Part shown: one piece after another, positions 38,116 to 49,018 of the stretch
Numbering within the stretch: position 1 is the first letter of the stretch
Layout of the letters: the number at the start of each line of letters is the position of its first letter
Source of the DNA: the human T2T-CHM13v2.0 reference genome, Homo sapiens
NCBI RefSeq assembly: GCF_009914755.1
Contig: NC_060932.1
DNA: 64,000 bases
Reading direction: 5' to 3' (one strand)
The notes under the pieces: generated by a model
Database searches by the model: none
What the model was told of the DNA's origin: nothing
Seen by the model: the letters and a program-made list of their open reading frames with translations, nothing else
Translations under genes and position numbers: made by a program

Positions 38116-39989
38116 TATGTGTAATTTTCCCATAGCTTATACGGTACCAGATTTTTATTATAATTTAGGTGTGTAATAACTTCTTACAGTAATTTTAATT
38201 TAGATTTACTTAGTTGGTAGGAAGTTATATATCTGTGAGAGAAAATTCTTAATATTTATAATTTGAAAATATATAATGCACTGATTTATCATTTTGGTCA
38301 TGGCAAACATTGGGATATATTTGTCTGCAAATAAAAGAAAACTCGACTAATGGTGGTTGTATTAGTCAGGATTATCCAGAGAAACAAAACCAATAGGATG
38401 TGCAAGTAAGCAGAAATTTTAACATACGGTAGAATTAAATTGGAAAGGAAACAAGGAAACTCATATATTTTGTGATGTTTACTATGGGTTACAGAATGTA
38501 CAGTAAACACAAAAGCTAATATTTATTCAATACTTTCTAGCTCACAAAACATTAAGTGTAAAATTTTAGCTATTTTAACTTTTCTTTTATCTTTATTTCA
38601 CAGGCACTTACCTCCTGTATCTTTGAATCTTCTTTATATTTTTATGTTTAAGAGAAAAAAGCCAAAAGTCCTTCCTGTATGGTGTGGATGTTAAATACCA
38701 AACAGTTTTATTCCCCTTAACATTTTGACCATCTTCCTTCTTTCTTGCACTCTTGTGGAGTTGGCTGCTTTCCTTTACTTTGGAAGAAGCTACGTTTTTC
38801 TGACCCTGTAATGGTGTTCTTCTGAGATTTGCGGATGAACATAAGATATTAAACATATCGGTTGAGTTTTGTTCATGTGGAGTCTGTCATCAATATGGAA
38901 TAGAATTCAATAATTTGACTTTTTCTTGCCTCTCTTCTGCCATTTCAAATGAATCATAAAAATTAGGAAGGAAATTTAGTCCCATCTCCTCTCTCTTGAG
39001 CAGATTTCTTTTCCTTCTCTTTTTTTTTTAAACCTGTGGGAGTTGGGAATATTTTAGTGCTCCCCCTTTGTGAATTATGGTGTAAATGAAACTTTTTGCT
39101 TTTGTGTTATTAATGACAGTTTAAAAGTCTGAGATGGATTTTCTCTTATTGTTGTTAATGACAGTATAAAAGTCTTAGGTAAATTTACTCTTAAGGTGCT
39201 AAATTAAAAAAAATTAATAAAGTCAATTGAAAATTTTCCAAGAGTTATTTTAAAGTTGATTTTTAAATCAAATAAGCTTTTCTATTAAGCAAAATAAGTG
39301 CTCTTTTAATTAGAAGCTTTAAAAAAAACTCTATGGAAACAAAAGACTATACCTTCAAAAGCTCACAATCTTTACAATTCCCACTTCCAGACCTTTTTTT
39401 AGGAAACATTCCAAGGCTTTAAACTATTTGTGAATAATTTTTATCTTAGTCAATGTGTTATATGCCCCTGCACAGACTTATATATTCTTCATTGAGATAT
39501 ATAATTGTCCTCTTGTTGGATATTTAACCTATAAGCTGACACTCACTTTCAAGGATTGATTTGAGCTTTGCAAATTTTGAAATGCTCAGAAACATAAAGT
39601 GCTTGGTATCTTTTATAAGAAGCTAGTCAGAACTGCCTGACATGAAGGGAGTTTGATTGATGTGTGATAATCAGGTGGGAAATTTCAAACTTATTTATTT
39701 AAGCACTGCATTTATTTTATGTAGATCAAAGGAAAATATTCAGCTGGCTTCAAATGATGTCACTTTTCATAAGATACACAAGAAATTTGATGAAATTTGA
39801 AAAACTGATTAAGACTTATATTTGTTCATGTTCATTTTATATTTTGGGTGTACTATCTTGCAAGCACAAACACCAGCAGGCTTTGCTTTTACACATCTCA
39901 TAAGCCAAGTCCATGGAAGTATAAATTTTTAATGAGATAGATACTAGGATTCTCTCCTTAAAGGAAAATTGGAAACTTAGGATTCTTAT

Positions 39990-42720
39990 TTTGACTTTTA
40001 TAATAGAAGTTCTATTTGGGATATAATTCAGACACAATAAAATACACTCCTTTAACTTGCACAACTCTATGGATTTAGTATATTCACAGAGTTGTGCAAC
40101 CACCACAACTAATTTTAGGACATTTCATCATCCCAAAAAGAAACCTCATACCTATTAATATTCCACTCTCCCCTGCCAGTCCTGGGCAACCTAAAATTTA
40201 CTTTCTATCTAAAACCTAAAATTTCCTTTATTGAATTTACATTCTATCTAGATCTGCCTGTTCTGGACATTTCATACAAATGGAATCTTGCAATATATGG
40301 TCTTTTTTGACTAGCTTCTTTCACTTAGAATAATGTTTTCAAGGTTCATCCATGTTGTAGCATGTACCAAATGTCATTTTGTATTGCTGAGTAATTTCAT
40401 CATATGGCTATACTGCATTTTGTTTACACATTTATCATTTGATAGGTATTAAGGTTGTTTCTACCTTTTGACTATTAAAAATAATGCTGCTATGAATATT
40501 TGTGTGTAATATTTCTTCATGTGGGCATATATTTTCATTTCGTTATAATATATACCAAGGGGTAGAATTGCTGGGCCATGTGATAAGTACATGTTTAACT
40601 TTTTGAAGAACTGTCAAATTGTTTTCCAGAGTAACTATGCCATTTCACATGCAATGTACAAGGATTCAAATTTCTCCACATCCTCCCCAATGCTTGTTTT
40701 TATCTCTTTTTGGTAATAGCCATCCTATTAGATGGAAAGTGACATCTCATTGAGGTTTTGATTTGCATTTCCTTTATAGCTAATCATGTTCAGCATCTTT
40801 TCATGTAATTATAGTCCATTTATGTATCTTCTTTGGAGAAATGTCTATTCAAATTATTTTCCCGTTTTCATAATTGGATTTTAAAATTATTGAATTGTTA
40901 AATATCTTTATATATTTTAGATACAAGTGCCTTATCAGATATATGCTTTGTAAAAGTTTTCTCCCATTCTATGGGTTGCCTTTTTACTTTTTGATGGTGT
41001 CCTCTAAAGCACAAAAGTTTAACATTTTGATGGTTCCATTTATCTATTTTTTATTTTGTTGCTTGTGATTTTGGTGTTGTCTCTAAGAAACAATTTCCTT
41101 TCCCAAAGTCATGAAGTTTTGTAGTTTTAGCTATTACATGTAAGGCTATGATTCATTTTGAAATTGTTTTGTCTATGGCATGATTTAAGAATGTAACTTT
41201 ATTCTTTTGCATGTGGATATCTGGTTTGCCTAGAACCATTTGTTGAAAAAACTGTTCTATTCTTGTTGAACTGTCTGGGTATCTTTGTTGAAAATGAATT
41301 GGCCATTCCTAGAAGGGTTTATTTCTGGACTCTCAATTCTACTCTATTGGTTTATGTATCTATCCTTATACCAGTACCATGCTATCTTGGTTACTATAGT
41401 TTTATGGTAAGTTTTTAAATATGGAAGTATGAGTTCTCCAACTTTGTTCTTTTTTTAAAATTCTAACTTGTTTTGTTTATTTTGAATGATTTCCATATGA
41501 ATTTTATAATCAGCTTGTCAATTTCTTTTTTTAAAAAAAGCAGCTGGAATTTTGATATGGATTGCGTTAAATCCATAAATCAACTTGAGGGGCATTGCCA
41601 TGTTAACAATATTAAGTATTCTACTTTATAGACATGAACATCTTTCCATTTATTTAGATCTTTAATTTATTTTAACAATATGTTATAGTTTTCAGTGTAC
41701 AGGTTTCACATGTTGGTTAAATTTATTTGTTCTATTTTATTGTTTTTATTATGAATTACATGGATTGCTTAGTTAATTTAATTTTCAGATTACTCTTTGC
41801 TATTGTTTTGCTTTTGCATCGTTCATTGCTGCTGCACAATTGATTTTTGTATGCTGATCTTTTATCTGCTAACCTTGATGAACTTCTTAATTAGTTCTAA
41901 TCGTTTTGTGTGTGTATGTGTGTTCCTTAGGATTTTCTATATGTAAGATCATGTCACTCTTTCTAGAAATTTGGCTTTGATATTAAAAATACATTAATAT
42001 AAAACTAAAGAATTAGTTAGAATAAGATTTTGTTAAAAATATTAACTTACTCAAAAAAAAAGATCATGTCATCTGTGAAAAGAGATACTTTTACTTCTTC
42101 TTTTCCAATATGGAATTTAAAAAATTTTTTTATTATTTGATTCCTCTGGTTAGAATCTCCAGTAAAATGTTTAATAGGAGTGGGGAGACAAACATCCTTG
42201 GCTTATTTCTGATCTCAGGGGAAAAGCATTCATTCTTTTCCCATTACATATGATGTTAGCTGTGGGATATTTGTAGATGCTTTTTATCAGATTGAGGAAG
42301 TTCTCTTTCATTAGTTTGATTAGTGATTTTATCATAAAAAAGTGCTAGATTTTGTGAAATACTTTTTCAGCATCTGCTGGGATAATCATGTGGTATTGTC
42401 CTTTATTATATTAAAATAGTATATTACATCAATTGATTTTTGGATGTTAAATCAACTTTGTGTTCCTGGGATAAATCCCATTTGTTTGTGGTATATAATC
42501 CTTTTTATATGTTGCCGGTTCTCTTTGCTGGTATTTTGTTAAGGATGTTTTGCATTTATATTTATAAGGGATTTTTGGTCTGTAGTTTTCTTTTCTTGTG
42601 TTGTGATGCCTTTGTCTGGTTTTGATGACAGTAATGGTGGCCTTGTAGAATGAGTTGAGAAGGGTTCCCTCCTCTTCTATTTTTTGTAAGAATTTATAGA
42701 GGATTGTTATTAATCTTTAA
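39990..42720 (-). mobile_element. L1MB-family LINE, ~2.7 kb: 3' UTR plus decayed ORF2 3' part
   Basis: gtatattcacagagttgtgcaaccaccac...tttcaaggttcatccatgttgtagcatg...ttctttggagaaatgtctattcaa...ggccttgtagaatgagttg. Confidence 0.9.
41957..42059 (+). pseudogene. Short retrotransposed insert of unknown origin (96 nt + A7) with 12-bp TSD
   Basis: aagatcatgtca at 41945-41956 and again at 42060-42071; the insert interrupts otherwise contiguous L1 sequence. Confidence 0.8.
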
Positions 42721-43309
42721 ATCTTATTTAGATTAGTTATGGCTTCCTTGGTAGTTTACCCTTTGCTTTTATAAATTGCAGAAGGGGCTTGTAAATGGGG
42801 ACAGGACGGTGGTGTTTGTGCTGATTGGTCCCTTTACAATAATTTTACTACAGTGAAAGTAGAGGATTTTAAATAAAACTGAGTCTTCATTTTGCCTCCT
42901 TCTATAAAACAATGATAGATGCTCCACCATTGGAAGACATGCTTAGTTGCAGAAACAAATTCAAAGGTTTTTATATCTTAAATTAAAATTAGAAGATGCC
43001 TTTCAGTGCCGTCTCCTCAGCTGAGCCATGGGTGCATGCCCGGCTCACTGTCCCCACTTTAAGAAGTCTTACCAGTAACCTATAAGTACAAATCTGTCTA
43101 GAAACACTACTTAAAAGAGCCTGTTAAGAAGTGTTATACTGACCTTCTCTTGGGTAAGAGCCTAAGAACAAGGAGAGTTTGTTGAATCCCAGACATCACG
43201 TAAGGTAATATGAATAATAAATATTTAGATTGTCTTCCTACATGTTGCAAGGTAATTTTTGGTCATTAATCACTCCACTAGCTCAGTGGGAAAAATTAAC
43301 ACCAAAGAA

Positions 43310-43545
43310 GTAATAACAACTAATTTTTACTAAGTAATTACTATGTGCCAAACACTGTCTTAAATCCTTTATGTATACTATCTCTTTTATTTTTCATAGC
43401 AATATTATGAGGTCAATGCTAACATTATTCTCCACTTTACAAATGCGGAAATTTAGAAACAAAGAGGTAATCTTAGTTGCAAAGAATGCTGGAGCTGGGA
43501 TCCGACCTAGGTTAAGTGACCCCAGAACCTGAACCAGAATTTGGA
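43310..43545 (-). mobile_element. MIR SINE
   Basis: ttactatgtgccaaacactgt...ctccactttacaaatgcggaaa...gagctgggatccgacctagg. Confidence 0.85.
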
Positions 43546-43644
43546 ATAGATTATATGCATCCCAGGGATTTAGACTCAGGGTCTCTGTATTCCAAGTTCT
43601 GGGTTTGGAAGATAAGTCTTTGTACTCCTTTTGATGAATAATAA

Positions 43645-43967
<323 letters not shown>

Positions 43968-44089
43968 TGCAGTCTACTTTTTAGAAATGTTCATAGAGGG
44001 TATACTCAGATGGTACTAATCACTTGAGATTAGACAGTCTCTGCAGGGATAATTGAATAAGCAAGTTAATAAAATAAATATTTAAAATG

Positions 44090-44310
44090 CATTGAGTGAT
44101 TAATGTGTTTGAGGGTAAGTGATTTAGTTGTATAATTAATTATTTCTGCAAAATAACTCTATGAAATGGTATTATTATCACTTCCATTTGTAGAAGACAC
44201 CCCTGAAACAAAGATGTGGGTAACTTGCCCTGGGCCAGTTAGCAATAAGCCCAGATTTGAACCCAAGCAGTCTTGTTCCAGACCTTCTGTTTTTAACAAT
44301 TCTACATTGC
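44090..44310 (-). mobile_element. MIR SINE
   Basis: gggtaacttgccctgggcca...gcccagatttgaacccaagcagtct. Confidence 0.75.
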
Positions 44311-45499
44311 AGTTTCTCTAAGTAAATAGTCACCTGAAATATGGCTACAACAATACAGTCACACCAAGAATGTAGTTAGAGATAAGAATGCATCATTGTG
44401 TTTGTGCATGTGGAGACTGGAGCTGCTTCTATAGGAGATAAGCACCAAGCTATCATCTGTTGGAGAGAAATGTGTTGTGGGTGAAAGGAGGAGGAGGGCT
44501 GTTCTGTAAATATGAGACAAGCTGAAACAAATATAGAAATATGAAAAGAAAATCTGATTTTCAAAAGTGAAGTTTTTAGCCTATGCTTTAACAGAAGATA
44601 GGAATAGACTGTGGCACGCACTTGGAAGCTGTGACAGTTTGGTCCTGAGAGCACTGTGGTGTGGGAGGGTTAGGAGCCACACCTCAGGGGTGAAAAGGAA
44701 CAGTTTGAAAGGGCAATTTTAGAAAATGACTTTGATAAGCTCCATTAGTAGATACAGAGGTTGAATCAACAGATTAATATAGGCTTCAATTATAAGTGTT
44801 TCTATGAATATAAGAAGCATCTAGAAATTAACAGGAAAATATCTGACCAGTTGGGATGGTATTTCTCCTTTAGTGCCAAAAGTATAATAGTTTTTTTTTC
44901 TCTTGTGGCAGTAAAATTAAAGGCCTGGATTTATTCAGCAACTTTTCTTTATGAGAATAGGAATATATTCCCAGACATTGTTCTACACTTTTCCTGCGTG
45001 GTGTTCTACCACCAATGTGGAGTTATAGATTTAGACCTCTGTGTTTGGGTGGGAAGAGAGTAGGCCCACTGGCAGGCAGTAACCACAGAACTACATGTAT
45101 CTGGGCCAGTTTTATTCCAGACATGTGGATCTTCTGGTCTGCAGCCTTGACAAACTTCAGAGTTCCCTTGTCTCCTTGTACAGATGTGTGTACCTTTTGA
45201 TCATGAAGGCACTATTAATGTCCTTCAGAGTTTGTGTCAATTTGCAACTTTGAAGGATATCCAAATTATCAAATAATTTACATATGATGATTATTAAATT
45301 GAAGTTTCTAATTTATTCTTAACAAAAAATAAAAATTACATTCACATCAAAAGCAAGTAAATCAATACTTCCCACATTTCCTGTTTCCCAGATGCAAACA
45401 AAGATAAGTGGAAGTTAAATATCAATATACAGGTGCTTTCAAAAAAGTCTTTTGGTCTATTTCCACTTTCAAGGTAACCTGGTGGCTTCTTCTCTCAAG

Positions 45500-45707
45500 T
45501 CCTCACACAGGTATTCAGGAATACCAGGATGGCGTGCCCAAGATTCCAACAGCCTGTATTACGGTGGAAGATGCAGAAATGATGTCAAGAATGGCTTCTC
45601 ATGGGATCAAAATTGTCATTCAGCTAAAGATGGGGGCAAAGACCTACCCAGATACTGATTCCTTCAACACTGTAGCAGAGATCACTGGGAGCAAATATCC
45701 AGAACAG
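45500..45707 (+). CDS. CPQ: Carboxypeptidase Q internal coding exon (probably exon 4), end of PA domain and start of M28 peptidase domain, 208 nt, phase 2 to phase 0
   Basis: Acceptor cttcttctctcaag|T (AG 45498-45499); donor CAG|gtgagt (GT 45708-45709). Translates (S)PHTGIQEYQDGVPKIPTACITVEDAEMMSRMASHGIKIVIQLKMGAKTYPDTDSFNTVAEITGSKYPEQ, in frame with the 674-881 exon. Confidence 0.97.
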
Positions 45708-45870
45708 GTGAGTGAAGGAGAAGGCTGGCCTAAGAATACAGTTTCCTGGTCTAGTTTGAGTTATTAGAGATAGTTTGGGAAAGAGAGAACGTGAAACCAC
45801 CTAGATGGTCCTCATAGATTCATTGAAGGCAGAAGCTTTATATATATTTTTTCTCATCAAAATTTTACCA

Positions 45871-46218
45871 TGTTTACCATCTCACACCAGTCAGAATGGG
45901 TATTACTAAAAAGTCAAAGAATAATAGATGTTGGTGAGGTTGTGGAGAAAAAGGAACACTTATATGTTGTTGGAGGGACTGTAAATTACTTCAACCCCTG
46001 TGAAAAGCAGTTTGGAGATTTCTCAAATAACTGAAAACAGAATTAGCGTTTGACCCAGCCATCTCACTACTGTGTATTGTAACCAAAGGAAAGTAAATTG
46101 TTCTACTAAAATGATACCTGCACTCACATGTTTATTGCAGCACTATTCACAATAGCAAAGACATGGAATCAACCTAGGTGCCCATCAATGGTGGGCTGGC
46201 TAAAAAACAAATATATGG

Positions 46219-46283
<65 letters not shown>

Positions 46284-46637
46284 CACCATGGAATACTACC
46301 CAGCCATAGAAAAGAATGAAATCATGTCCTTTGCAGCAAGATGGGCACAACTGAAGGCCATTATCCTAAGTGAATTAATACAGAAAGAAAAACAAAAAGC
46401 ATGTTCTCACTTACAAGTGGGAGCTAATCATTGGGTACATGTGTACATAAATACTGGAAGAATAGGCAATGGGGGCTCCAAAATCGGGGAGGGAGAGAGG
46501 GAAGCAAGGTTTAAAAAAACTACCTGTTGGGTACTACATTACTCTTTGGGTGACGGGTTCAACTGAAGCCAAAACTTTAGCCTCACACAATATGTCCATA
46601 TACCCCCTGAATCTAAAGTTTAAAAAATAAAAAAATA
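45871..46637 (+). mobile_element. 5'-truncated primate L1 (L1PA16/17 or L1PB-like) 3' end, sense to CPQ
   Basis: accatctcacaccagtcagaatgg...atgtttattgcagcactattcacaatagcaaagacatggaatcaacc (ORF2 C-terminal MFIAALFTIAKTWNQPRCPS)...A-rich tail; TSD aaaattttacca (45859-45870) / aaaattttagca (46638-46649). Confidence 0.93.
46221..46279. repeat. Perfect (AT)29 microsatellite inside the L1
   Basis: 59 nt of uninterrupted alternating A/T. Confidence 0.98.
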
Positions 46638-46866
46638 AAAATTTTAGCACATTGACTGAAGAAGGGCAGGAGTAATTGAAGGACAGAATGGTATTCGTGA
46701 TGTGGAAATTCAACCTCGGAACAATTGAGAGTGGTATTTGTCCACGTGTTGTATTTATTCCATTTGAAGCTAGCCTGGCATTTGAGATAAAACCAATAGT
46801 TAATACTTATTGTGTTAATTATCTTATTTAATCCTTTCAAAGCTTAGTGAATTTGCATATATTTTC

Positions 46867-47274
46867 TGTATTAGTCCATTCTCACATTGCTATAAAGAAA
46901 TACCTAAAACTGGGTAATTTATAAGAAAAGAGGTTTAATTGGTTCACAGTTCTGCAGGCTGTACAGGAAGCATGGCGGCATCTGCTTCTGGGAAGGCTTC
47001 ACAGAGCATTCAATCATGGCAGAAGGCAAAGGGGGAGTGAGGTGTCTTAGATGGCAGGAGCAGGAGCAAAGGGGAGGGGAGATGCCACACACTTTTCAAC
47101 AACCAGATCTCATGAGAACTCGCTAACACAAGAACAGCACCAGGGGGATGGTGCTAAATCATTCATGAGAAACAGCCTGTATAATCCAATCACCTCTCAC
47201 CAGGCCTCACCTCCGACATTCGAATTACAATTCCACATGAGATTTGGGCAGGGACACAGATCTAAATCATATGA
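46867..47274 (-). mobile_element. MaLR solo LTR, MSTA-like, inserted in a MIR
   Basis: tgtattagtccattctcacattgctataaagaaatacct...aatcatggcagaaggcaaa...catgagatttgggcagggacacaga. Confidence 0.92.
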
Positions 47275-47410
47275 AGTTTCTTCATTTTATAGGTGAGAAA
47301 ACAAACCTAGAAGGAAACTCAATTACCCAAGGTCCACACAGCTAAGTAGGCAGCTAAGAAGGAATTCAGACCCAGGATCTTGTGAATATTAAACCAAGCT
47401 TTAAACCACA
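47275..47410 (-). mobile_element. MIR core fragment
   Basis: cattttataggtgagaaaaca...ccaaggtccacacagctaagtagg. Confidence 0.75.
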
Positions 47411-48464
47411 GTTTATGTGCAGTTTCCAGAGTTCATGAATTTATCTGCAAATAAAGGGATGGTATGCAAGTAATTAACAGAATTATTGTGAGGACTAGAT
47501 TAGGTAAGGCACATCAAATAGCTTTGTTGAGTGTTTGGCACATCACAGCTCACTGAATGTAAGTTTCCTTTGTATGGCATCAAGTGTGCAATAAACACTT
47601 TTTATAAGGTTTCTGGTGCAAATCTCATGCATTTGTTATTGAAATTCTAGAAATGGAACTTAAAAATGTTATTTAGAAATTTCAGACTTGTATTTTATTT
47701 GACAGCATCAGTGGGATGAAGGAAAGGGTGAAGAGTGATGGCATTTGGTGATGGAGAAACAAGTCTTATGCACATGACTTCTCCCAGACTAAGGACTGGG
47801 AGACTCAGGACTCAGGACTTCTCCCAGACTTGAGGGCTGTACTGCAGTAAAGATTCATTTTAAGCTCAGGACTCTTTTCCCTCTTCTAAAATCATCTGCT
47901 TCAAGGACCTGGGCATCAACCATGGCTTTTGCCACAGGGATGATGGAAAACAAGAACTCAGTAGAATCACAGGGAGTCAGACAGCTGTAGAGAAACGGTG
48001 GTTTCAAATAGACAAGCCCAGCCCCTTGTCCCTTTAAGAAACTGATAACAACAGAAGAGCCAAGAGTCTATATTTCAGATGCTAAATAGTCAGATGCCTT
48101 AAAGTGTAATCCTTCCCAGGTATTTTCCCCAGTCAGTAGTTCCAGGGTAAAGTTATGTCATCATCAGGTAGCTAGCCCAGGGCTTGAAGGGTTTAGGATT
48201 ATAATACTATCGCTGTTTGGTCGAGCAGGCTGGGTGAGCTGGCCTAAGGTTGTGGGCAGGTGGGTGGCAGGGTGAGAGTGAGTTATTGGGATCCTTAGTC
48301 TGTAGCAGCTATGGAGTCTCAGAATCTGAGGCTGAAGTATTTAGGCAGAGGAGTTCTTGAGAGCCAGAGGGCTGAGATAGTGCTGGCTCTGACAGCTTCA
48401 TGAGGGACATTAACATCTTCTGGCTAGGAGAGCTTGGGCCTATTTGTCAGCTCAGCCTGACTCA

Positions 48465-49018
48465 TTCTTTTATTTTTTAAAATCAGCTGAATTGAGGTAT
48501 AACTTATATAAAATAAATCAACCAATCTAATGTACAATTTGATGAGTTTGGAAAATGTATAATGTAACCACTACTACAATTATAATATATAATATTTCCA
48601 CCACCCAAAGTTTCCCTTGAGTTCCTTTGTAGTCCATCTCCGACTCTACCACCCTGCCCTGGCAGCCAGTGATCTCCTTTCTAGAGCTATAGTTGTTTTT
48701 TAAATTATTATTTCATATATAAGTGAAATAATATAATTTGTAGTCATTTTCTGTGAGGCTTATTTCACTCAGCATAATGCTTTTGAGATGTATCCATGTT
48801 GTTGATTCAGTTGTTTCTTCCTTTATATCCCCGAGTAATATTTCATTGTACAGATATATGACAATTCGTTTATCCATTCAGCAATTGATGGATATGTGGG
48901 TGGTTTCTAGTTTTTGATTATTGTGTATAAAGCTTTTGTGAACATTCTTGTACTAGTCTTTCTGTGGACTTAATGTTTTCCTTTCTTCTGAGTAAATATC
49001 TTGGAGTGGAATTGCTGG
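48465..49018 (-). mobile_element. L1M (L1MD/ME-like) 3' end
   Basis: aattgaggtataactta...tacaatttgatgagtttgg...tttcactcagcataatgcttttgagatgtatccatgttg...ggagtggaattgctgg. Confidence 0.85.

Noticed and set aside
45062-45082. cccactggcaggcagta as a CTCF site
   Set aside because: Three mismatches in the core; not supportable without ChIP data.
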